Below are positions 20,157-29,651 of a stretch of 62,571 nucleotides of DNA, piece by piece; the first letter of the stretch is position 1, and the number at the start of each line of letters is the position of its first letter. The stretch comes from Clostridium sp. CAG:451 (lineage in GTDB: Bacteria; Bacillota_I; Bacilli_A; RF39; UBA660), in contig FR901052.1 in assembly GCA_000438295.1 (NCBI GenBank), positions 1 to 62,571 on the forward strand, in the 5' to 3' direction. The notes below the pieces were generated by a model that made no database searches, was not told the DNA's origin, and saw nothing but the letters and a program-made list of their open reading frames with translations. Made by a program: the position numbers and the translations under genes.

Positions 20157-20896
20157 TAATCATCATCCTTCTTTCCTCTAAATAAATCTAATAATAGATG
20201 CTTTTTATATCTAGACATCTTCTCAAGATAATAGCCATTGTCAAATTTAATTATATCTTTTTTAAAATCAACAGACGTAACTCTATCTAAGTTTATAATA
20301 CAATTTCTATATACTTGAAAGAATCTTTCATCTAATTGTTCCTTAATCTGACTTAGACTAAGTGGTACTTCATACTCACCATGTGAAGCATAAACAGTAC
20401 AAATCTTACTATCTGGTTCTCTTATTATATAATATATATATTTAAGTTCTATTTTTGAATATACCCATTTTCTTTGATAGGTTAAACACCTATCTTTACC
20501 CCGATAACTTTTCATAACAATATCTAATACTTCATGCATCTTTTTAGTACAACTATCAAGTTTACTAATAAAGTCTAACACAAATAATCTATTAGTTATT
20601 ATTTCATAACGATATTCACTAAAGGAAGAAACTATTATGATAATAGAATTCCAATCTTCTAACATCTCTCTTATGTATCTAGCCGCATCTATTCCAGAAC
20701 CATAATTAGTTTTAATGTCTAAGAAATATACTTTAAAACCAATTTCTTTTTTGGCTAATTCTTCAAACTCTTTATCATAACTAGCAAACGTATAAACTTT
20801 ATAATCCATATCGGTATTCATCATATAGTCATCTATCTGCTTTTTCATTCCTTGTCTAAAAAATTGATCATCATCACATACAATAAAATTTAACAT
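20156..20896 (-). CDS. LytTR-family response regulator (no adjacent kinase)
   Basis: Receiver domain (FIVCDDD...YFLDI) plus a C-terminal LytTR DNA-binding domain (...NCIINLDRV...). Confidence 0.8.
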   Translation of the reverse strand: MLNFIVCDDDQFFRQGMKKQIDDYMMNTDMDYKVYTFASYDKEFEELAKKEIGFKVYFLDIKTNYGSGIDAARYIREMLEDWNSIIIIVSSFSEYRYEIITNRLFVLDFISKLDSCTKKMHEVLDIVMKSYRGKDRCLTYQRKWVYSKIELKYIYYIIREPDSKICTVYASHGEYEVPLSLSQIKEQLDERFFQVYRNCIINLDRVTSVDFKKDIIKFDNGYYLEKMSRYKKHLLLDLFRGKKDDD

Positions 20897-20944
20897 AGCG
20901 CCTCCTTAGCCATATTCTACCAAATTGAAAGAATAAAGTCTATA

Positions 20945-22240
20945 TTATGATTTTCTAATATCACTTATAGCTTGAGGAATAAATTTTATTGTATCTCTTG
21001 CTATATACGATATGTCATTTGTTGTTTCTAAGGCAAGAGAAGCTGAATATCCAGCAAGAAAGCTAGCAGCAGCTACTAATTTAGGTGATACTTTATTATA
21101 GCTAATAAGACCAGTTAATATTCCCGATAAGACATCACCACTTCCTGATGTTGCCATACCAGCATGACCTTCATTTACAAAGTAAGTATTATCACCATCT
21201 GTTACTATGGTAGTAGTACCTTTCAAGAGTAAAATAACTTTATACTTTTTAGCAAAGGAAATAGCAAGCTCCACTGGATTTTCTAACACTTCTTCAACAC
21301 TCTTATCAATTAGTCTTGCAAATTCTTTAGGATGTGGTGTTAAAACAACTTCACATTTTTTATTTAATAGTAAAGACTTATCTATCATTACTAATCCAGA
21401 AGCATCTATTACTAATGGTTTCTTACTATTGATAAGTAAATAATCTAGAATCTTTTTATTCCACTCACTAATATCAAGACCTGGTCCAAATAGTATTGCT
21501 GTACTATTACTTATAATAGTATCTACTTGTTCTATATTATCAAGACACATTAAAGTACTTTCTAAAAGATAAGGAGCTACTATATCTGTTAGTTTTCTAT
21601 CAACAACTAACGTTGCTCTTCCACTACCAGCAAGTAAACTACTTAAAGATAAATTAGCTAGTTTAATCGCTCCACTATAAGAGATACTACCACCAATTAA
21701 ATAACTCTTACCATAACTACCTTTATTAGAAAAGTTTAGTCTTTCAGGAAAATACTCTTTTATATCAGTTATTTCTAAAAGATTAGTATTAGATAAAGTA
21801 TCTTTATTTTTATATAATATTAATTTACCAATATAATCTTTCGCCATATTTAGAAAATGTCCCGGTTGATAAGTCTGATAAACTATTGTTTCTCTTGATT
21901 TTAATATATCAGTACCAAGTCCATTAATATTAGAAAGTGAAGCATTAATATCAATACTTACTGTTCTATCAAACCTATTTAATCTAGTTATAGTCTCTTT
22001 ATCTAGATATTTACTACTGCCTAGAAAATCAAAGATATAGTCAAACTCTTCTATCTTTATATTATTATTATAAACAGTAAGATTAGAAAATTCTCTCTTA
22101 AAGATATCTAAATAGTTAATTCTTTCTTCACTTATCAGTAATAATGGTTTATTTATTCTTCTTTCTTGATGATAGCGTTTTAATAAGTCTTTTAATTCTT
22201 CTTTACTTAAGATATTATTCTTTATAATTATACTTAACAT
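20945..22240 (-). CDS. nnr: NAD(P)H-hydrate dehydratase (NnrD) with a degenerate N-terminal YjeF_N-like half
   Basis: C-terminal GMATSGSGDVLSGILTGL motif of the carbohydrate-kinase-like NnrD domain. The N-terminal half lacks an obvious Gly-rich loop. Confidence 0.75.
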   Translation of the reverse strand: MLSIIIKNNILSKEELKDLLKRYHQERRINKPLLLISEERINYLDIFKREFSNLTVYNNNIKIEEFDYIFDFLGSSKYLDKETITRLNRFDRTVSIDINASLSNINGLGTDILKSRETIVYQTYQPGHFLNMAKDYIGKLILYKNKDTLSNTNLLEITDIKEYFPERLNFSNKGSYGKSYLIGGSISYSGAIKLANLSLSSLLAGSGRATLVVDRKLTDIVAPYLLESTLMCLDNIEQVDTIISNSTAILFGPGLDISEWNKKILDYLLINSKKPLVIDASGLVMIDKSLLLNKKCEVVLTPHPKEFARLIDKSVEEVLENPVELAISFAKKYKVILLLKGTTTIVTDGDNTYFVNEGHAGMATSGSGDVLSGILTGLISYNKVSPKLVAAASFLAGYSASLALETTNDISYIARDTIKFIPQAISDIRKS

Positions 22241-22249
22241 ATTCCACCC

Positions 22250-23422
22250 CTATTTATATAGTATATCTAAATCTACTAGAGTATCTATTCCCTCTACTTT
22301 ACCTCTATCAGTCTTTTGCCAAACATTATAGTCTTTCTGATAGGTAGTAGTATCTGTATAGTGTGCTAACCAAGTAGCATAGTTATTATTAGTGAAAACA
22401 TTTTCTAAGTAGTATTTACTACCATATAACATTCCTTGATAATTTTCTTTTTCAATAGTAGTAAGGAATGTTTTTACTACTTCTTCTAGATGATAAAATG
22501 ATAGATTAAACTCTTGATAGATAGAAAAGTTTTCCCAATCAAAAACTATAGGTAGAGCAAGGTCATTTCCATTTAATTCTTTTAAGACAAACTCTGCTTC
22601 CTTCTTAGCATCCTTTTTATTTTTAGCATAAGAATAGAAATAAACACCTGTCTTAATCCCTACCTTCTTAAAACCTTCTATATTTCTTTTAAATTTAGGA
22701 TCAAGGATAAACTCACCATCTATTCCACTTCTTGTCCCTATTCTAAGGAATGCAAATTCAACACCTGATTCTTTTACTTTATCATAATCAATATCACCTT
22801 GCCACTTAGATACATCTATACCAATCAAGGTATTATCAGTCTTATTTTCATTATAAAAATCTTTAAAATCAACTGTCTCTTTATTACTAGATCCTTGATA
22901 ATCACTCTTTTCTCTTACTGTAATAGTAAAATCTTTTTTAGTAACATTACCACTAGAATCTATCGCTTCATAGACTAAAGGATAATCACCTAGTGTATTA
23001 AAGTCATAATTACCTACTACTTGACAAGTAGGATTATCATCATAGTTATCCCCACAAAACACTTCTTTAGCAAAGTCTTCTGTTGAACCTAAATCAACAT
23101 AATATAGACTACTTAAAGAGATAACTGGTGGAGTTTTATCTACTACTTCATAGGTAAAGGTATAACTAGCTAGACGGTTATCATCATTCTTATAGTTAAG
23201 GGTATAAGAGTGTTTTCCTACTTTTTTAGTATTTAACTTTTTATTCTTAAAAGTACCATTAATTGATTTAATAACACCATCTAATTCTACTTCACTATAA
23301 ACATCAAAAGTCAAATCATCACTTAAACTTACTTCTACTTTAACTTTCTGATTAGCTAGAAAGATAATAGTAATAATTAATAAACTAGCTACTAAGAAAA
23401 GAGCTATTATTGATTTTCGCAT
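22250..23422 (-). CDS. GH25 muramidase with N-terminal TM and Ig-like domain
   Basis: GIDVSKWQGDIDYDKVKESGVEFAFLRIG is the GH25 signature. There is an N-terminal signal anchor. Confidence 0.85.
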   Translation of the reverse strand: MRKSIIALFLVASLLIITIIFLANQKVKVEVSLSDDLTFDVYSEVELDGVIKSINGTFKNKKLNTKKVGKHSYTLNYKNDDNRLASYTFTYEVVDKTPPVISLSSLYYVDLGSTEDFAKEVFCGDNYDDNPTCQVVGNYDFNTLGDYPLVYEAIDSSGNVTKKDFTITVREKSDYQGSSNKETVDFKDFYNENKTDNTLIGIDVSKWQGDIDYDKVKESGVEFAFLRIGTRSGIDGEFILDPKFKRNIEGFKKVGIKTGVYFYSYAKNKKDAKKEAEFVLKELNGNDLALPIVFDWENFSIYQEFNLSFYHLEEVVKTFLTTIEKENYQGMLYGSKYYLENVFTNNNYATWLAHYTDTTTYQKDYNVWQKTDRGKVEGIDTLVDLDILYK

Positions 23423-25980
23423 TCCTCTTTTTTCATCTCCTCTTTTAATCTATATAAGAAGTTTAAAGCATCCATTGGACTCATCTCTAACGGATTAATT
23501 GCCTTTATTTTGTCTAGATATTTATCATCTTTATTAATCTCTTCTTCTTTTTCTAAATCAAATAAACTAGTCTGAGTATAAATAGTTTCTCTCTTTTCTT
23601 GATTTTCATACACTTCAAGTATTTCTTCTGCTCTTTTTATTAAAGATTTAGGAAGATTAGCAAGACTTGCTACATTAATACCATAACTCTTATCAACTGA
23701 TCCGTTTTTAATCTTATGAAGAAATGTTAGTTTACCATCTTCTTCAATTGCTGATACATGAACATTCTTTAAATGTGATAAATTACTAGATAATAGTGTT
23801 AACTCATGATAATGAGTAGAAAATAGTGTCTTAGCTCCAATATTATCATGGATATATTCAAGTATCGCTTGAGCAAGACTCATTCCGTCATATGTAGCAG
23901 TACCTCGTCCTAACTCATCAAATAAGATTAAACTGTTCTTAGTAGCTCTTGATATTGCCATATTAGCTTCTTTCATCTCAACCATAAAAGTACTCTCTCC
24001 ACTAACTAAATCATCACTAGCCCCTATTCTTGTAAATATTTTATCAAATATTGGTATAACACAACTCTTAGCAGGTACAAAAGAACCTATTTGAGCCATA
24101 ATTACTGTAATAGCAAGCTGACGCATATAAGTTGATTTACCAGCCATATTAGGTCCTGTAATAAGTAAGATAGAAGTATCTTGATCCATTAAAATATCAT
24201 TAGCAACATACTTTTCATTCTTCTTAGCCATTACTTCTTCTACAACTGGATGACGACTCTCTACTATCTTTATTTCATTCTTATTACTTAATGTAGGTTT
24301 CACAAAATGATAAGTATCTGCTACAAATGATAAAGAAGAAAGCATATCAATCTCTGCTAAAACATTAGCACACTTCTGTAAAGGTACAACATATCTTTTA
24401 ACTACTTCTCTTATTTGCATAAATAACTGATACTCTAAATTGATTATCTTTTCTTCGGCTCCTAAGATAATACTTTCTTTCTCTTTTAATTCTTTAGTAG
24501 TAAATCTTTCACAATTAGATAGAGTCTGTCTTCTATCATAACCAAACTCTTCTTTTACTAAATTACACTGCCCTTTACTTATCTCAATATAATAGCCAAA
24601 GACTTTATTGTAACCAACCTTTAAGTTCTTAATACCAGTTCTTTCCTTCTCTTTTTGTTCAAGCTCTAATAAGAAGTCTTTACTACCACTTGATAAGTCT
24701 CTTAATTCATCTAGTTCACTATTATAACCTTTCTTTATCAAGTTACCTTCTTTTAAAGAGATAGGTGGTTCTTCATTTAAACTACTATCTAATAATGATA
24801 CTAAATCATCAAATACTTCTAGTTCTTTATCGTACTTTATCTCTTCTAATATTTTCTTAACCGTAGGTAGAGCTTTTAAACTAGAATTTAACTGTAGTAA
24901 ATCTCTAGCGTTTAAATTACCATAACAAACTCTTCCGATAAGTCTTTCTATATCATAGACTTGGTTTAAGCTTTTCTTTAAATCATCTCTTAAAATAAAT
25001 TCTGTTTGTAATACTTCTATATAATGATATCTTCGCTCTAATTCTTTTCTATCTACTAATGGAAACTCTAAATTCTTTCGTAGTAATCTACTACCCATAG
25101 CAGTTTGATTCTTATCAAGTAACCATAAAAGACTATAAGTTTTCTCTCTTAATCTTAAAGTTTCAGTTAATTCAAGATTTCTTTTAGTATGTTCATCTAA
25201 TAATAAATGATTATTAATAAGTTCTACTTTAGCTTCTTGTAAATGCGATAAATCACCTTTTTTAGTATCTACTATATAAGCTAGTAAATGTTTAATACCT
25301 TGTTCTTTCCTTAAGTCTTTTAAATTTTTATAAATATATTTATACTTTTCTTCTTCATTATATATATTATAGATGGTAACATTTAACTGATAAGTCTTTC
25401 TAAGGGTATTAATAAAGTTTCTATCTATTTCATCACTTACAATTATCTCTCCAAAACCATGTCTAATAATCTCTTGTAATAGTTCTTGTAAACTATCATT
25501 TAAAACAGTGACATATATCTCTCCTGTAGATATATCGGCATAGCTTAAAGTATAAGTATTAGCTGTATAAGTAATTGAGGCTAAAAAGTTATTCTTAGTA
25601 TCATCTATCGAACTATCTAATCTAGTTCCTCTAGTTACTATTTGAATAACTTCTCTTTTAACCATATCTTTAGTAAGTTTAGGATCTTCTACTTGTTCAA
25701 CAATAGCTACTTTATAACCCATATCAACTAACTTATCAAGATATCCTTCATAGGCTTTAAAAGGGATTCCACACATCGGAACTTTTTCTTCTAGTCCTGC
25801 TTGTTTACCAGTCAAAGTTAATTCCAATACTTTAGATGCTAAAATAGCATCATCAAAAAACATCTCATAAAAGTCTCCTAAGCGAAAAAAAATAATCGCA
25901 TCAGGATTTTCATCTTTTATATTCATCCACTGTAACATTACAGGGCTCAGCTTAGTTCTATCTACTTCGTTTCTTAACAT
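23407..25980 (-). CDS. mutS: DNA mismatch repair protein MutS
   Basis: TPVMLQW-like N-terminus (SPVMLQWMNIK), Walker A GPNMAGKSTYMRQ, and DELGRGT. The start is set at the ATG at 25980, which has the SD GGAAG; the ORF track extends to 26007. Confidence 0.95.
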   Translation of the reverse strand: MLRNEVDRTKLSPVMLQWMNIKDENPDAIIFFRLGDFYEMFFDDAILASKVLELTLTGKQAGLEEKVPMCGIPFKAYEGYLDKLVDMGYKVAIVEQVEDPKLTKDMVKREVIQIVTRGTRLDSSIDDTKNNFLASITYTANTYTLSYADISTGEIYVTVLNDSLQELLQEIIRHGFGEIIVSDEIDRNFINTLRKTYQLNVTIYNIYNEEEKYKYIYKNLKDLRKEQGIKHLLAYIVDTKKGDLSHLQEAKVELINNHLLLDEHTKRNLELTETLRLREKTYSLLWLLDKNQTAMGSRLLRKNLEFPLVDRKELERRYHYIEVLQTEFILRDDLKKSLNQVYDIERLIGRVCYGNLNARDLLQLNSSLKALPTVKKILEEIKYDKELEVFDDLVSLLDSSLNEEPPISLKEGNLIKKGYNSELDELRDLSSGSKDFLLELEQKEKERTGIKNLKVGYNKVFGYYIEISKGQCNLVKEEFGYDRRQTLSNCERFTTKELKEKESIILGAEEKIINLEYQLFMQIREVVKRYVVPLQKCANVLAEIDMLSSLSFVADTYHFVKPTLSNKNEIKIVESRHPVVEEVMAKKNEKYVANDILMDQDTSILLITGPNMAGKSTYMRQLAITVIMAQIGSFVPAKSCVIPIFDKIFTRIGASDDLVSGESTFMVEMKEANMAISRATKNSLILFDELGRGTATYDGMSLAQAILEYIHDNIGAKTLFSTHYHELTLLSSNLSHLKNVHVSAIEEDGKLTFLHKIKNGSVDKSYGINVASLANLPKSLIKRAEEILEVYENQEKRETIYTQTSLFDLEKEEEINKDDKYLDKIKAINPLEMSPMDALNFLYRLKEEMKKEECENQ

Positions 25981-26068
25981 AATTTCACTTCCAACTTCTA
26001 ACACCATCTATTATAGCTAAAATTTTGTTTTTGAACAAGAAAATTCGTGATAAAATAAGTCCTAGGAA

Positions 26069-27298
26069 GTGATAACAATGAATATGGAACCATTAGCAAA
26101 AAAACTAGAACCTAAATCTTTAAATGATGTTTTAGGGCAAAAGCATTTAATTGGAAAAGGAGCAATTTTAAGAAACTTAGTAGAAAAGAAAAAACTAGTT
26201 TCGATGATTTTATATGGAAAACCTGGTATTGGAAAAACCTCTATTGCTAAGTCTATTGTTAATGATTTAGATATGCCTTATCGTTTTTTAAATGCTACTA
26301 TTAATAATAAGAAAGATTTTGATACCGTAGTTTCTGAAGCTAAAATTTATAATGGCATGATTCTTATCATGGATGAGATTCATCGTCTTAATAAGGATAA
26401 ACAGGATTTACTCTTACCACAGTTAGAAAGTGGTTTAATAACTCTTATTGGAATGACTACTTCTAATCCCTATCATGCTATTAATCCAGCTATTAGAAGT
26501 AGATGTCAGTTATTTGAACTTAACGAATTAGAAACTACTGATATTATTGAAGGATTAAATAAAGCAGTTAAATCAAGTTATCTTGAAGGTATTACTATTG
26601 ATGATGATACTATTAAATATATTGCTAACTTAGCAGGAAGTGATCTTCGTTACGCTTATAATCTTTTAGAGATTGCCTTCTATGCTAGTAATGATCAAAA
26701 AGTAGATATTAATCTAGTAAAGCAAATAAACTCTAAGCCTGTTTTCTTTAGTGATAAAAATGGTGATGGTCATTACGATGTCTTATCCGCTTTTCAAAAA
26801 TCAATTAGAGGAAGCGATGTTGATGCTAGTCTACATTATCTAGCAAGATTAATAACTGAAGGAGATCTAGACAGCATTTATCGTAGAATGAGTGTTATCG
26901 CTTATGAAGATATCGGTCTAGCTAATCCTAGTATTGGTCCAAAAGTTATAGCAGCTATAGAAGCAGCAGAGCGAGTTGGTCTTCCAGAAGCAAGAATTCC
27001 TCTTGGAACTATTGTCACAGAAATGGCTTTATCACCAAAAAGCAATACCGCTCACCTAGCCTTAGATGAAGCAATTGAAGATATAGAAAAAGGTAATACT
27101 GGCAATGTCCCTAACCATATAAAGACTGACTCTAAAGAATATTTATATCCTCATGATTATCCTAATTCTTATGTTTATCAAGAGTATCTTCCCAAAAAAC
27201 TTAAAGGAAAGAAATATTATCATCCAAAAACAACTGGTTATGAAAAGAATATAAAAAGTTATTATGACTTTATTGAATCAATGAAAAAGAAGGGCTAA
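26069..27298 (+). CDS. rarA: Replication-associated recombination protein A (MgsA/RarA AAA+ ATPase)
   Basis: Walker A GKPGIGKTS, DEIHR, and C-terminal MgsA domain (HYDVLSAFQKSIRGSD). The likely start is the ATG at 26078. Confidence 0.9.
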   Translation: MITMNMEPLAKKLEPKSLNDVLGQKHLIGKGAILRNLVEKKKLVSMILYGKPGIGKTSIAKSIVNDLDMPYRFLNATINNKKDFDTVVSEAKIYNGMILIMDEIHRLNKDKQDLLLPQLESGLITLIGMTTSNPYHAINPAIRSRCQLFELNELETTDIIEGLNKAVKSSYLEGITIDDDTIKYIANLAGSDLRYAYNLLEIAFYASNDQKVDINLVKQINSKPVFFSDKNGDGHYDVLSAFQKSIRGSDVDASLHYLARLITEGDLDSIYRRMSVIAYEDIGLANPSIGPKVIAAIEAAERVGLPEARIPLGTIVTEMALSPKSNTAHLALDEAIEDIEKGNTGNVPNHIKTDSKEYLYPHDYPNSYVYQEYLPKKLKGKKYYHPKTTGYEKNIKSYYDFIESMKKKG

Positions 27299-27324
27299 CA
27301 ACTAGTCTTCTTTGTTTTACTTAT

Positions 27325-28125
27325 TTACATTGTAGATATAGTAGTTGATGGAAAAATCATACCATATATAATAGAAATTACTATTGCAATAAATAAACCT
27401 AAAAATATATTACCTACACTTGTACCACCTTTAGAAAAGCAAGCTAGATTTATTGCATTAGAATTGCCATTTGGATTTTGTTGTTTTATCTTTTCAACCT
27501 CATCAGTTGCATATTTTACATAGATTTTGTTAAACATCAAGCCAGTAGCAAGTGCAATCACAAGTGATATTACTTTTCCTATAGATCCCAATAAATTACT
27601 TGATACAAACATTGCACAATATAAAACTAAACCTTGCCAAAACATTTTTCTGTAAAGTACATAAAGAGAAGAAAAGAAGAAAGCAGAGAAATTAAAATTA
27701 CGTGTAGTTATCTTCTCATAGTTTTTACCAATAAATGCTTTCAAGAAAGCCTCATCATCCATTGTATTAGAAAAATTTTGATTTACTACATTAATATTAG
27801 GCGTTGCTCCTTGGTTAGGCACTACCGTTTGTGCCATGTTATTTGTATTTACGCTATTTTGATTGATTCCAGTAGGTGTTTGCATAGTTACTGCTTGGTT
27901 AGGCATCGCTGGTTGTGCCATATTATTTACATCTACACTATTTTGATTAATTCCAGTGGACGTTTGAGCAGTAAACACTCCTTGATTTTGTGACACTTGA
28001 TTTACCATACTATTAGGTTGTCCACCAGTTACAGTAGAAGAAACTTGATTAGTAGTAGCTCCTTCACCCGTTGCAAATAAGTCACTCAAAGAATTTACAT
28101 TATTGTCAGTTGATTGATTATTCAT
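27325..28125 (-). CDS. DUF2628-type membrane protein with a Q/N-rich repeated N-terminus
   Basis: FNFSAFFFSSLYVLYRKMFWQG is the DUF2628 core. The start is set at the ATG at 28125, which has the SD GGAGG; the ORF track extends to 28188. Confidence 0.65.
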   Translation of the reverse strand: MNNQSTDNNVNSLSDLFATGEGATTNQVSSTVTGGQPNSMVNQVSQNQGVFTAQTSTGINQNSVDVNNMAQPAMPNQAVTMQTPTGINQNSVNTNNMAQTVVPNQGATPNINVVNQNFSNTMDDEAFLKAFIGKNYEKITTRNFNFSAFFFSSLYVLYRKMFWQGLVLYCAMFVSSNLLGSIGKVISLVIALATGLMFNKIYVKYATDEVEKIKQQNPNGNSNAINLACFSKGGTSVGNIFLGLFIAIVISIIYGMIFPSTTISTM

Positions 28126-28315
28126 TTTTATTTGCCTCCATATCATATATAACCTCTTATAATCTATCTTACTATTATAGTATAACATATGAATTTCTAA
28201 TCTCTCACTATTTTTTATAAGTTAACATTCATTTTACATATATTTATTAATATTATTTCTTAGATATGAGTTTACTTCTAAAATCTCCAGTTCTTTTCTT
28301 TCATATTATTCACCA

Positions 28316-29035
28316 TTAAATATCTTCTTCATCTAATATTTCCTCTATATTTTTAGTATCTGTTATCTTTTTCCAACCAGATGAAGTAATTCCTGGTTCT
28401 ATTACTATTCTATTAACTAATTCTTCTAATAAAGAAGTGCCATCCTTTGGAACATTAAACGTAGCAGTTATTCTTATTTTATCATCATCTAAGTCAGTTG
28501 TATCAATACTAATTAAACTAGCATCTGTCTTATTAGTACTTTGACTAATTAAAGTTCTAATTAAAAACTCTTGTTCTTCACTACTTACTACTTTTAACCT
28601 ATATTTATCAAATTGCATCTTTTCAATATGTTTTAAATTAAGCTTACGAGTAATTCCTCTTAAAACAACATTAGCTAATAAAATAAATAAAGTTCCAACT
28701 AATGCTTCTAAAAGAAAGCCTGCTGCACATAAAGTACCAATCGCTGCATCACACCATAAAGTAGCAGCCGTATCAAGTCCTTTGATATTACCTTTATCTT
28801 TTAAGATAACACCAGCTCCTAAAAAACCGATACCACACACTACTTGGGAAGCTATTCTTGATACATCATAAGCATTAGTAAGCAAAGAAAAGCTTACAAA
28901 AAGAAACGATCCTAAACAGACTAATACATTAGTCCTTAAACCAATTACTCTTCTTCGCCATTGTCTTTCAAGACCTATTGCAAAACTAAGAGCAAAGGTA
29001 ACTATTATTCTTAATAAAAAATCTTGATAAATCAT
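28316..29035 (-). CDS. mgtC: MgtC/SapB family membrane protein
   Basis: GLERQWRRRVIGLRTNVLV...AGVILKD N-terminal MgtC domain plus a soluble C-terminal domain. Confidence 0.85.
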   Translation of the reverse strand: MIYQDFLLRIIVTFALSFAIGLERQWRRRVIGLRTNVLVCLGSFLFVSFSLLTNAYDVSRIASQVVCGIGFLGAGVILKDKGNIKGLDTAATLWCDAAIGTLCAAGFLLEALVGTLFILLANVVLRGITRKLNLKHIEKMQFDKYRLKVVSSEEQEFLIRTLISQSTNKTDASLISIDTTDLDDDKIRITATFNVPKDGTSLLEELVNRIVIEPGITSSGWKKITDTKNIEEILDEEDI

Positions 29036-29039
29036 AATA

Positions 29040-29651
29040 TTATTTTTCCTCTCCTTCTAAATTTTCTCTCATTAATCTTTCTACTTCTTCATATAGTTTC
29101 TTATTAGCATCATCTAAGTCCATCTCTCCTACTTTAAAAGGAGTACCATATCTAATAGTTAAGTTCTTACTTCTAAATTTATAGTCACCAGTAAGACCAA
29201 AGGGAATGATGGTAGCATTAGTCTTTTTAGCCATTGATACGGTTCCAAACTTAAATGGTAATAGAAAAACATCTTTTGTTTTATTTCTAGTTCCTTCGGG
29301 GAATAATCCTATAGCTCCTCCACTATTTAATACTTTCAAAGCTTTATCAGTAGCATTATGATCTTTTATACTTCTATCAACAGGAATACAACCAACTAGT
29401 TTGAAAAACCAAGCCATTTTACCGTCAAAGTATTCTTTCTTAGCCATATAGTGTATTACTCTTTTAGTAGCCATTATCGTTAGACATTGATCATAAATAT
29501 GTTTATGGTTACCTACTATTAAGATAGGTCCCTCTTTTGGTATTACTTCTTTATTAATTATCTTAGGATTATAATAAAGTCTAAATAGTACTCGCATAAT
29601 AGGGGTTAATAATGAATAACCTATCTCTCCTTTAAATCTTTTCTTTCCCAC
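29040..29651 (-). CDS. 1-acyl-sn-glycerol-3-phosphate acyltransferase family (LPLAT)
   Basis: NHKHIYD (HX4D) and FPEGTRN motifs. Confidence 0.85.
   Translation of the reverse strand: MGKKRFKGEIGYSLLTPIMRVLFRLYYNPKIINKEVIPKEGPILIVGNHKHIYDQCLTIMATKRVIHYMAKKEYFDGKMAWFFKLVGCIPVDRSIKDHNATDKALKVLNSGGAIGLFPEGTRNKTKDVFLLPFKFGTVSMAKKTNATIIPFGLTGDYKFRSKNLTIRYGTPFKVGEMDLDDANKKLYEEVERLMRENLEGEEK

Noticed and set aside
21207-21443. 78-aa plus-strand ORF inside the nnr gene
   Set aside because: Antisense shadow ORF within a motif-supported CDS.
27634-27993. 119-aa plus-strand ORF opposite the DUF2628 gene
   Set aside because: It is antisense to the Q/N-rich repeat region. It is Cys/His/Arg/Ile-rich nonsense and has no RBS.
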